From an uncultured Acidobacteriota bacterium (GTDB lineage Bacteria > Acidobacteriota > UBA6911): 64,000 bases of DNA. The DNA is taken from the NCBI GenBank assembly GCA_963843575.1, contig CAWJKZ010000027.1, forward strand, positions 1-64,000, given 5' to 3'. The translations under genes were made by a program, and so were the position numbers. Below, piece after piece: positions 33,270 to 42,794 of the stretch. The notes under the pieces were generated by a model, which saw only the letters and a program-made list of their open reading frames with translations, was not told the DNA's origin and did no database searches. Numbering within the stretch: the stretch's first letter is position 1; each line of letters opens with the position of its first letter.

Positions 33270-33818
33270 ATGAAACCGGCGAGCAAACCAGTTTTTTGGA
33301 CCTTTCTCTCGGTCCTGCTGGCCGCCTTCCCGGCGCTGGCGGCAGGCCCTGGGCGACGACATGACCGCCAAGCGCCACAGGGGGCCGTCACGCGCCCTGC
33401 TGTCCGCGCGCCGTACGTGGCAGACCGCGACGGCCACGGCCGCGGCCAGCGACGCGAAGAAGCAAGGGAACATCGGGGCGACCGCGACGACCGGTGGCGC
33501 ATGGAACGGCGTCAGGGCAACTACCGCGGCGATCGGGACGACTACTATCGCTACCGCCCCTACCAGAACGGCAGAGGCAACAGCTACGGTTACAGCTATC
33601 GCGACCCCTATCGATACGGGAATGCCTACCCTGATGGGTACGGATCCTACGGTACCAACTCCTCCTACGATCGCGGCTACCGTGACGGGGTCACCCGAGG
33701 ACGGTCGGATTACGCCTTGGGCTACGGTTACAACCCCCGCCGTTATGACCGGCGTGGCGACCTGGAGTACCGGATGGGCTTCGACGCCGGCTACAACGCG
33801 GCGTACGGCCGCTTCTGA
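33270..33818 (+). CDS. Exported low-complexity Arg/Asp/Tyr/Gly-rich protein
   Basis: RBS GGAGG, signal peptide, then RD-rich and GY-rich tracts, 'GYRDG...GFDAGY'. Confidence 0.7.
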   Translation: MKPASKPVFWTFLSVLLAAFPALAAGPGRRHDRQAPQGAVTRPAVRAPYVADRDGHGRGQRREEAREHRGDRDDRWRMERRQGNYRGDRDDYYRYRPYQNGRGNSYGYSYRDPYRYGNAYPDGYGSYGTNSSYDRGYRDGVTRGRSDYALGYGYNPRRYDRRGDLEYRMGFDAGYNAAYGRF

Positions 33819-33859
33819 ATGGCCAGTTGCCAGAACAACCCCACACCCGTCGCTTTGCG

Positions 33860-34468
33860 TCACTGGGTGTTTTGGGCCGTATTGTATTGCAGCCGGAGTG
33901 CTCCTCCCGGCCCGTTGTAGCGGAAACAGGTGGTCAGGTGATCGTTGACCATCCCGGTAGCTTGCATGTGGGCGTACACGACTGTGGAACCGACGAACTT
34001 GAATCCACGCTGCTTCAAGTCCTTGCTGGTCAGGTCCGACAGGGGGGTGCGGGAGGGCAACTCCGCGAGCGAGCGAAAACAGTTTCGGATGGGTCTGCCG
34101 TCGACGAAGCGCCAGATATACCGGTCGAACGACCCGAACTCGGCCTGCACCTCGAGAAAGCGCCGCGCGTTGTGAATGGCAGCTTCGATCTTCTGCCGGT
34201 TGCGAATGATCCCCGCGTCCCGCATCAGCCGCCGGATCTGGGGCTGGCCGTAGCGGGATACTTTCGTCACGTCGAAACCGTGAAAGGCTTTTCGGAAATT
34301 CTCCCGCTTGTGGAGAATCGTCCTCCAACTCAACCCCGCCTGCATCCCTTCGAGGATCAAGAACTCGAACAGCCTGGCGTCGTCGTGCAGCGGTACGCCC
34401 CACTCGTCGTCGTGATAGGCCACCATCAGCCCGTCGGTTCCGCCCCAGCACCTCTGGATCCCTTCCAT
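33860..34468 (-). CDS. tag: DNA-3-methyladenine glycosylase I
   Basis: RCW, YHDDEWG, LEGMQAGLSW, IIRNR, GFKFVG, GMVNDH..C. Confidence 0.95.
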   Translation of the reverse strand: MEGIQRCWGGTDGLMVAYHDDEWGVPLHDDARLFEFLILEGMQAGLSWRTILHKRENFRKAFHGFDVTKVSRYGQPQIRRLMRDAGIIRNRQKIEAAIHNARRFLEVQAEFGSFDRYIWRFVDGRPIRNCFRSLAELPSRTPLSDLTSKDLKQRGFKFVGSTVVYAHMQATGMVNDHLTTCFRYNGPGGALRLQYNTAQNTQ

Positions 34469-34506
34469 GTGAACCGCTCTCCTGGAAAACCTCGCCAAAC
34501 GCAGCC

Positions 34507-34830
34507 TCAGTCGGTGTGGAAGACCTCTTCCATCGGGTCCCACCATTCCCCTTGGGGGCAGCCCTCGACCGGTTGCTGCATGGGCATCATGATCTCCCAC
34601 CATTTCTGTGTGACGGGGTCCTCTCCCATCTTCGCCATGTCGGCGGCGAAGTCGTCGCCGTGGTATTCGAAATACGCAAAAAGGACCCCATCGCGGTAGA
34701 AAATGGAGTAGTTCCGGATGTTGCACCGCCGGATCGTGTCCAGAACTCCGGGCCAGACTTCCCGGTGGTAGCGCCTGTATTCCTCGAGCCTCTCCTTCTT
34801 CAGTCCGATAAGCTGACCGTAGCGTTTCAT
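34507..34830 (-). CDS. rhaM: L-rhamnose mutarotase family protein
   Basis: EYRRYHREVWP, NYSIF, LFAYFEY, KWW, EEVFH. Confidence 0.88.
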   Translation of the reverse strand: MKRYGQLIGLKKERLEEYRRYHREVWPGVLDTIRRCNIRNYSIFYRDGVLFAYFEYHGDDFAADMAKMGEDPVTQKWWEIMMPMQQPVEGCPQGEWWDPMEEVFHTD

Positions 34831-34869
34831 AACGGCGTCCTCACAATGGGGGAAAGCCTGTGCCCGCTA

Positions 34870-35075
34870 TCTGGTTCGCCGGTAATGACGGTACCGACCT
34901 TCTCGAATGCGGCTGCGTACTGGCCCATCAGTTCGGGCGCTTCCCCATCGAGCGGCGGCAGGAACACATTCGTTGCCCGGCACCAAAGCGGAAACCACAG
35001 GTGGGTGAGCCACCATTTGGCCTCGGAGCCCATCTCCAGCTCGTGCTGTTCCGGGTGATCGCGGAAACCCGCCTT
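34870..35075 (-). pseudogene. Possible remnant of a DegT/DnrJ/EryC1/StrS aminotransferase C-terminus
   Basis: Translation HPEQHELEMGSEAKWW...VFLPPLDGEAPELMGQYAAAFEKV resembles the C-terminal helix of that family (recognised from memory). Confidence 0.35.
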
Positions 35076-35076
35076 G

Positions 35077-36489
35077 TCACGGCGCGTGTTTCCTGGATTG
35101 CCCCCGGATACTTACCTCCTCCTGGCGAGCCAATCGGCCCAGAAGACTGTGAATGACTTCCTTGACGCGCGCCTCGGTCCCGGGGCCGGCGTTGCTCGCT
35201 CCCGGTTCGTATCCCCCCTCGGCGAAGGCCCGGTCGGTGCAGAGGTAGCCGGGGCTGATGTCGCCGTACCCGGCGATCGCCGCAAAGTCCCCGGCCGCGA
35301 GACCCTGGGCATAGCGCTGGAACTCGAGCATGGGCTCGCCCGGCAGGTGCAGGATGCGGACCGGCCCGATCCGCAGGGCGCTTGCGGGAAGCGGACGCTT
35401 CCGCTCCGTGAACGAAAGCGACAGGGCGGCCCGGTAGGCGTCGTCGTCGGCAGCGGACGCGGCGAGCCGCGAACGCAAACGGGCGTCCGACCAGGCCGGG
35501 TCCGTCTTCAAAGGCAGGCGCAGGTCGGCGGCGCACCACCGAATCTCCGTCGCAGGCGCGAGCCTCGTCGAGGCAATCGCGGCTTTCATCCCGGCATAGA
35601 GCCGGTCGCGCAGCGCGGCGCGCGCTTCCTGGGAGCCGTCGTTGTACTTGCCGACCGTAACGTCGCCCGCGCAACCCGTGAAGTAGACCTGGGGCACCCG
35701 CTCGTCCTGCTCGAGGCTTTCGCGGGCTGCTGAGACGAAGTCGCCGGTGACGGTCCCTTCACAGCAGAACGTCTGCGGGTGTGTGGCGTAATAGTGCAAC
35801 CGCACGATCGGCCTGCCGGCGGCCGAGATCGTGATCGTCCTGATCAGCGTGTCGACCGCGCCTTCCGGGAGCGCCGCCAGTGCCGGGTCCTTTCCCCCGG
35901 AACTGAACCGGGTGACGAGGCTGCCGTCGCTCCCGGCGATCCGTCTCGCCGAGGCCACCCCGGGAACGGCGGCGGTTCCCGTACCGACTTCGTCGAACGT
36001 TTCCAACCGGGTCGCTGCCGCACGCACCGCGGCCGCGAGACGGTCGGCAACCCGCTCGAGAAACGCCGCCTGCGCCGCCGCGGGAGGTGTGAGGCGCGAG
36101 GCGAGCATGCGATAGGCGCCCAGGTCGACATAGGGCGCCGTGTGCTGGTGAACGGCATGGAGCGCCACGCGCCCGGTCCCGGTCCCGGCGGCGGCGGCAA
36201 TCCTGCTTCGGAAGAGCCGGTCGGTTTCGCCCCCTACCCCGCACCAGTCGATGGCGCAGAGCACGTACCGTTCGCGGCCGTTCTCCAGGAGAATCCCTTT
36301 AGCCCACAGCGGGTCGGAAACCCGCGCCGCGGGCGTCGTCCAGATGAGGGGCTGGCCGAGCTCGGGGGTGATGTCGCACCGGAATGGGGCGACCCGGGGC
36401 AGCGTCGCCGCCTGCAGGGGCCCAAACCAGGCGGCGACGACAATGGTTGCGAGGATACTGGCTGTTCGCCGGACACGCGCTTGGTCCAT
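35077..36489 (-). CDS. Exported neutral-ceramidase-like hypothetical protein
   Basis: Signal peptide; DITP, DPL, HQHTAP, YATHP, GCAGDV, HLPGE. Confidence 0.7.
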   Translation of the reverse strand: MDQARVRRTASILATIVVAAWFGPLQAATLPRVAPFRCDITPELGQPLIWTTPAARVSDPLWAKGILLENGRERYVLCAIDWCGVGGETDRLFRSRIAAAAGTGTGRVALHAVHQHTAPYVDLGAYRMLASRLTPPAAAQAAFLERVADRLAAAVRAAATRLETFDEVGTGTAAVPGVASARRIAGSDGSLVTRFSSGGKDPALAALPEGAVDTLIRTITISAAGRPIVRLHYYATHPQTFCCEGTVTGDFVSAARESLEQDERVPQVYFTGCAGDVTVGKYNDGSQEARAALRDRLYAGMKAAIASTRLAPATEIRWCAADLRLPLKTDPAWSDARLRSRLAASAADDDAYRAALSLSFTERKRPLPASALRIGPVRILHLPGEPMLEFQRYAQGLAAGDFAAIAGYGDISPGYLCTDRAFAEGGYEPGASNAGPGTEARVKEVIHSLLGRLARQEEVSIRGQSRKHAP

Positions 36490-36596
36490 AGGATGGGCTC
36501 GAGATCCTGGTATCCCACTTCGTATCCACGGAAGTATATCACCCACCGCAGGCCATCGGCGCGTCCGCACACCCCCCGCGGCGGGGCTGCGCCCGG

Positions 36597-37964
36597 CTAC
36601 CTGGCCGCGAAGGGCCCGCGCAGCCGGATCAGGTCGGTCCGGGTCTTTCCGTTTTCCGTAATCCTGGACAGCGTGTAAACGTCGCCATTCCGACCGACGG
36701 CAATCGAGTTCACGTACGCCGGGCGTTCGCCGTTGTCGAAAAATATCGGGCCCTGGTCCGCATATTTCCCGTCGGGGATATCGAACGTCACCAGGTGCAG
36801 GTTTTCCTGCCCCTTGGACTCCCCTTTGGCGGTGCTCTTCTTCCCCTCGACCCGTTTTCCCGCGACATAGACGGGCCCGCCGGTCAGGTAGTGGATCGTG
36901 CGGCCGTCCGGTCCGAGCTCAAACCCGAGATACCCGTAACTGAACTGGTCGAACATGCCGCTTTTTTTGGAAGGCTGGGACGTGATCCGCTCGACCACAT
37001 CCACGGCAGGGGCGCGCGGGTCGAAACGGAATAGGTACCCCGAGTTGCCGTGCACCCCGTAGATCACGCGCTCCGCAGGGTACCAGATAGTCTGGCGCCA
37101 GTTGTACCCCATGTGCCCCGGGGACGTCGGGTCGTAGATGCCGAAGTAGTCTTTCACGAGGTCGGCCCCGGCGATCTTCTCGACCGCATCGTTCGACGGG
37201 AGGTAGCGGAGAATGGAGCCCTCGGAATTCGTGAAATAGAGGGTTCCGTCCCCGGGATCGACGACCAGGGACCGGCACAGGGTCCGGTATTCGGGGCCCT
37301 TCCCTTTCTCCCCCAGCGCGGCGAAAGTCCCGAGGTTGCGCAGGCGCCGGTCGGCGAGGTCGAAACGGAGCAGGTATCCGGTCGGCCAGGTAAGGCCGTA
37401 GATCCGGCCGCGCGCCGTGTCCATCGTCATCGACAGGATCCCCTCCTGGTGGGGTGCGACGGCGAGGTTTTCGAACTTGCGCGCCGCCGGATCGTACGAC
37501 AGGAAGTGGCCGCCGGGATAGGGCTTGGTACCGGGAGGAGGATCCCCTACGGTCTCCATGCCGTCCTTGATCGTGTAGTAGCCGATGTGGGTGGCGAAAT
37601 AGAGCTTCCCCCCCGATTCGATGAACCGCACGTGGGATTTTCCCTGCGAAACGGCCCGGAGATCCTTCTCGCCGCACGCTTCGTTGAGGTCTCCCAGGTG
37701 CTCGATCTTTTCGCTCGCGGGGTCGAACGAATACATCTGTCCCGCCACGTCGAATTTCTCGGAACAGAGGACGTAGTAGATCGTGCCGTCCGAGGCCGTG
37801 GACATACCGTTGTAGGTGTCGTGGGAGTCGGAGAAGCCGGAGTTGTACGTCTTGGCCAGGAGCTTTTCCGGGCGGGGGGCCGGGAGCGGGGCTGACGACC
37901 TTTCGGGTACGCTGCAACCCGTGATGGCCAGGGCGCACGCCAACGCCGCAATCATCCTCATCAT
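36597..37964 (-). CDS. Beta-propeller lipoprotein, function unknown
   Basis: Lipobox AITGC; repeated 'DG.IY..' and 'F.YDP' blades. Confidence 0.7.
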   Translation of the reverse strand: MMRMIAALACALAITGCSVPERSSAPLPAPRPEKLLAKTYNSGFSDSHDTYNGMSTASDGTIYYVLCSEKFDVAGQMYSFDPASEKIEHLGDLNEACGEKDLRAVSQGKSHVRFIESGGKLYFATHIGYYTIKDGMETVGDPPPGTKPYPGGHFLSYDPAARKFENLAVAPHQEGILSMTMDTARGRIYGLTWPTGYLLRFDLADRRLRNLGTFAALGEKGKGPEYRTLCRSLVVDPGDGTLYFTNSEGSILRYLPSNDAVEKIAGADLVKDYFGIYDPTSPGHMGYNWRQTIWYPAERVIYGVHGNSGYLFRFDPRAPAVDVVERITSQPSKKSGMFDQFSYGYLGFELGPDGRTIHYLTGGPVYVAGKRVEGKKSTAKGESKGQENLHLVTFDIPDGKYADQGPIFFDNGERPAYVNSIAVGRNGDVYTLSRITENGKTRTDLIRLRGPFAAR

Positions 37965-38088
37965 GGAATCATTCCTCGCAAGAGTGGGCGGGGACGGCTC
38001 GACCCCGCCCAATGAGCTGCGACCGGGAGCTGTCAGGCATTGCTCCGAGACAACATGGGCCGCGTCGGGCCGACGCGGCCCGCAAGGT

Positions 38089-39357
38089 TCAGGCCAGGCG
38101 GTCGAGGCGGCGGATTGTTTCGATCATCGACCGGACGGTGTGGTAACAGATCTTCCATGCATGGCCGAGGGCGTCGTCTATAGGGCGCCCTTCCCTGTCC
38201 ACCCGTTCGTACCACTCGCCGCCGCCCGCCATGTTCACCATTTTGGTAAAGACGAAATCGTAGACGTTGCGGAAGGCGCGCCAGTACTGCTCCTCACCGA
38301 ACAGCTCGTAGGCATCGAGCATCCCGACCAGGACCTCGGCCTGCTGCCAGAATTGCTTTTCGTGCAGGCTTGTCGGTGCGTCGGCCGGGGTGTCGGCATA
38401 CACGCCGCCGAACTCGTGGTCGATCCCGATCCGGACGCAGTGGTCCGCGATCTTGCGGATCAAGCCCGCATAGGTCTGCCGGGGATGCCGAGAACATCGG
38501 CGGCGTGCAGGAGAAGCCAGGCGAACTCGACGTTGTGTCCGGGGGACGTCATGTTGAGCGGCCGCGCAACCCCGTCGGCCGGCCTGGCGTCTCGCCCCCA
38601 CGAACACCGCGAACAGGATGGCGGGGAGCGGCTCGAAATCCATCGTGAACTGGACGTAGCCGGTGCCGTCGGGGCGCAGCATGCGGGTCAGGATCAGGTC
38701 GATGCTCTCCAGCAGCCGCCGGCGCTGGGTCGGGTGGCCGGTCATCTCGTAGAAGGTCGTCAGCGCCTCCATCATGTGCATGTGCACGTCGAGGCTCTTG
38801 CGGTCGCCACCGTAGATCCCCGGCGGCGCGGGCTGCCAGTCCGCGCCCATCAGCTCGAGAAAACCGCCGTTGCGCGTGTCGGCCATGTTCTTGCAGACGG
38901 CCGCGTAGGTCCTCGCCGCATACTCGCGGCCGCGCGGGTCACCGGTGGCGAGGAAGTACTCGCTGAAAGCATAGATCCCGAAGCAGTGGCCGTAACCGAC
39001 CTTGTCCTTGAACGTCGGCTTCCCATGCGCGTTCGGCGATCCAATACCACCCTTCGTGCTCCGGGTCCCAGTAGTGTTCGGTGATGAAATCGGCGGCCCT
39101 GCCGGGCCAGTTCGGCGCAACGCCCGCCGCCGTAGCCGGCCCGGTGGGCGGCCGACATGGCGAACAGCATCCGGATCTGCATGAGGAACGGCTTCACCGT
39201 TTCCCCCGTCGCCCTGCCGTCGCGGTCGAAGTAACTGAGAAAACCGCCGTATTCCGGGTCGGGCGACCTGTTCGATCCAGAAGGGCAGCAGCGAGTTCAC
39301 CAGATACGAATGGGTCCTGTCCCGCAGATCTCTGATCTCTCTTTTTTCCGGCATCAC
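38089..39357 (-). CDS. AGE family epimerase (cellobiose 2-epimerase-like), frameshifted
   Basis: LLPFW, KSLDVHMHMME, GHNVEFAW, FWQQAE, WKICYH. Confidence 0.82.
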   Translation of the reverse strand: MMPEKREIRDLRDRTHSYLVNSLLPFWIEQVARPGIRRFSQLLRPRRQGDGGNGEAVPHADPDAVRHVGRPPGRLRRRALRRTGPAGPPISSPNTTGTRSTKGGIGSPNAHGKPTFKDKVGYGHCFGIYAFSEYFLATGDPRGREYAARTYAAVCKNMADTRNGGFLELMGADWQPAPPGIYGGDRKSLDVHMHMMEALTTFYEMTGHPTQRRRLLESIDLILTRMLRPDGTGYVQFTMDFEPLPAILFAVFVGARRQAGRRGCAAAQHDVPRTQRRVRLASPARRRCSRHPRQTYAGLIRKIADHCVRIGIDHEFGGVYADTPADAPTSLHEKQFWQQAEVLVGMLDAYELFGEEQYWRAFRNVYDFVFTKMVNMAGGGEWYERVDREGRPIDDALGHAWKICYHTVRSMIETIRRLDRLA

Positions 39358-39419
39358 CGGGGCTCCCTGCGCGTGCCCACTCTATGGTCAGAGGACCGGA
39401 CGGTCAAGGGACAAAGAAT

Positions 39420-39470
39420 TGCGGCGGCTCGACGCCGCTTTGCGGGCGGCGCCGGAGCGCCGCACTCCGG
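39420..39470. repeat. Collapsed REP family A doublet
   Basis: TGCGGCGGCTCGACGCCGCTTT..GGCGCCGGAGCGCCGCACTCC. Confidence 0.75.
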
Positions 39471-39547
39471 GTTGTCGATACCGCGCTTCATCGCGCTTGG
39501 CAGTTGTCGCCGGTATGATTATGCTTGCCTGGTTGCAGGAGGAGAAA

Positions 39548-41508
39548 ATGCTCGACACGGAAGTTCCCGCCCGCCTGCGGGAATTTGAGCCGATGACGGA
39601 AGCCCGGCTGCGGGAGGTCCTCGACACGGATCGCCAAGACCCGCATCTGGGTGCTCGGCGATTACTGCCTGGACGTGTACTGGTTCGTCGATTCGTCCAG
39701 GAGCGAGAAATCGCTCGAGACGGGGCTGCCGACCAGACCCCGTGCGGCAGCAGCGCTACTCGCTGGGGGGCGCGGGCAACGTGGTGAACAACCTGGTTGC
39801 CGCCGGCTGCCGGAACGTGCGCGCGCTCGGCGTGGTGGGCGACGACCCGTGGGGGCGGGAGATGGTGCGCCTGCTGGGCCGGATCGAGGTCAACACGGAC
39901 GACCTGCTGGTCCAGAAAGACGGCTGGGCCACGCTCGCCTACAACAAGCCCCACATCGAAAAGCAGGAGAGCAGCCGTTTCGATTTCGGCAACTTCAACG
40001 AACTCTCCCCCGAAACCGCCCGCACGCTTCTGGCGCGCTGCCGGGCGGGCGCGGGCGGGGCGGACCTGGTCATCGTCAACCAGCAGGTGCGCCAGGGGAT
40101 CCACACCGAGCCATTCCGCGCCGGGCCTGGCCGAACTGATCCGGGGGACCCCGGAAAAGACTTTCGTCGTCGACAGCCGCCACTACAGCGAGTGCTACGC
40201 CGGCTGCATCATGAAGATCAACGACCACGAGGCGGCGCGGCTGTGCGGGACCGTGCGCGCGCCCGAGGAGCTTGTCCTGCGCGAGGAGGCGCTCGCCTCC
40301 GCCCGGGCACTGTACGCGCGCTTCGGCAAGCCCGTGTTCGTGACCCGCGGCAGCCGCGGGCTGGTGGTGGTCGACCAGGCAGGCCTGTGCGAAGTCCCCG
40401 GCATACAGGTGCTCGGCCAGGTGGACACGGTCGGCGCCGGCGACAGCGCGCTGGCCGGCATCAGCCTCGCGTTGGCGGCCGGGTGCGACCCGGTAGAGGC
40501 GGCGCAGTTCGGCAACTTCGTCGCCGGCGTCACCATCCAGAAACTCAATCAGACCGGCACCGCCTCCCCCGCGGAGATCCTGACGATCGGCCGGGAACAG
40601 GCCTACGTCTACCACCCCGAGCTGGCCGAGGACCCGCGCCGCGCGCGCCACCTCCCCGGGACGGAGTTCGAGGTCGTCCGCGACGTTCCCGCCGGCTTCG
40701 CCGTCACCCACGCCATCTTCGACCACGACGGCACGATCTCCACCCTGCGCCAGGGCTGGCACCTGGTGATGGAACCGATGATGGTCAGGGCCATTCTCGG
40801 ACCGCGCTACCAGTCCGCAGACGAAGCCCTCTACCGGCGCGTCGTCGAGGCGGCGAGGAAGTTCATCGACGACTCGACCGGGATCCAGACGCTCGTCCAG
40901 ATGCAGGGCCTGGTCGACATGGTGCGGGAGTTCGGCTGCGTCCCCGAAACCGAAATCCTCGACCCGCCCGGCTACAAGGCCATCTACAACGAGGCGCTCA
41001 TGCGGCTGGTGCGCGAGCGCCTCGCCAAGCTCCGCAGGAAAGAGCTGGCCGTGGAGGACTTCGTCGTCAAGAACGCCGTCCTGCTGCTCGAACGGCTGCA
41101 CGCCGCCGGCGTGCGCCTCTACCTGGCCAGCGGCACGGACCAGCAGGACGTCGATCGACGAGGCGGAGGCCCTGGGCTATGCCCGCCTGTTCGACGGCGG
41201 CATTTTCGGATCCGTGGGGGACGTCAAGGTCGAGGCCAAGCGGGTCGTCCTGGACCGCATCCTGACCGAGATCGGCAGCCGGCGTGGTGCGCACGCTGGC
41301 CACCTTCGGCGACGGCCCGGTGGAGATCCGGGAGACGCACAAGCGGGGCGGGCTGGCCATCGGGGTCGCCAGCGACGAAATCCGCCGTTACGGCCTCGAC
41401 ACCTCGAAACGGGCGCGCCTGGTCCGGGCTGGCGCCGACCTCGTCGTCCCCGATTTCTCGCAGCTCGACGCGCTGCTAGGCCTGCTCGGGGCGGGAGCGG
41501 CGCGATGA
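39548..41508 (+). CDS. PfkB/RfaE-type sugar kinase fused to a HAD phosphatase, frameshifted
   Basis: GDYCLD, GGAGNV, VTRG, DTVGAGD; then in the same frame FDHDGT, LASGT; GDGPVE after a shift. Confidence 0.85.
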
Positions 41509-42739
41509 CAGGCATCCGGCTGGACCGCGCCGCGCGTCAGGATGAAGCCCCTCGCCGAGAGGCGGAACCGGACCTCCATCGACGACCGGGTCGATCCCGC
41601 CCTCCGCCCCGCCCCACGCGGCCTCCGAGGGCGCCAGGATCGTCGAAGAAACCCTCGCCCGCATACGGTGCGCCCGCCAACGGGGGCGCCCGGTCGTGCT
41701 GGTGTTCGGCGCGCACACGATCAAGAACGGCCTCGGCCCGGTGCTCATCGCGCTCATGGAGGGCGGCTGGCTCACGCACCTGGGGACCAACGGCGCCGGG
41801 ATCATCCACGACTGGGAGTTCAGCTTCCTCGGGCCAGACCAGCGAGCACGTGCGCGAAAACGTCCGCGCGGCACGTTCGGCAACTGGGAGGAAACGGGGT
41901 TCTACATCAACCTGGCGATCAACGTCGGCGCGTGGGAAGGCCGCGGCTACGGCGAGTCGGTCGGGGCGCTGATCGAAAACGAAGCGCTGACCGTCCCTTC
42001 CACCCGGGAGCTGACCGCACAATCCCGCGCCCTGCTGGATACCGACCCCGAACAGGCTGCGGCCGCCGCCGACCTGCTCGCCGTCGTGCGCCGGTTCGAC
42101 CTCAAGCCCGGCCGCCTGTCCGTGGCGCACCGCTGGAAGCAATACAGCGCCCAGGCTGCGGCCTTCCGGCTCGGCATCCCCTTCACCGCCCACCCGATGA
42201 TCGGCCACGACGTCATCTACACCCACCCGATGAATCACGGCGCCTCCCTCGGGAGGGCGGCTCTGCGCGATTTTCTGACCTTCGCGGGGACGATACGGGA
42301 TATCGAGGACGGCGTCTACCTGTCGATCGGATCGGCGGTGATGTCGCCCATGGTGTTCGAAAAGTCGCTCTCGATGGCGCAGAACCTCGCTGCCCAGGAA
42401 GGGCGCGCCATCCGGAACCACTACATCCTGGTGGTCGACCTGGCCGAGTCGTCCTGGGACTGGAGCAAGGGCGAACCGCCCGAGAACGATCCGGCGTACT
42501 ACCTGCGCTACAACAAGAGCTTCAGCCGCATGGGCGGGACGATGCGCTACCTCCGCATGGACAACCGCGACTTCCTCCTGCACCTGCACCACGGTCTCGG
42601 CTCGAAAGTGGGCCGCGGCGGCTCGACGCCGCCCGGTGGCGGCGCCTCGGCGGCACCAAAGGCCGAGGTTGCAGGGTCGCCTTTCGCAATTCGGCGAGGC
42701 GCCGCACTCCAGATTCGGATGCAGTTTTGCCATCGCTAG
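41505..42739 (+). CDS. Deoxyhypusine-synthase-like fold protein (true end probably ~42610; ORF runs into a REP)
   Basis: ATGA overlap; GAHTIKNG, TNGAGIIHDWE, IGHD..YTHP, GSAVMSP.VFEK. Confidence 0.65.
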
Positions 42740-42794
42740 GTGCGACAGTTGCCGAACAGGGGAGATCTAATCCCGTCCGGGCTGAAGCCCGGAC
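42615..42794. repeat. Composite repeat: truncated family A doublet + family B palindrome GTCCGGGCTGAAGCCCGGAC (42775-42794)
   Basis: Direct match to the 21453 element and to 53916-53935; lies between convergent genes. Confidence 0.8.
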
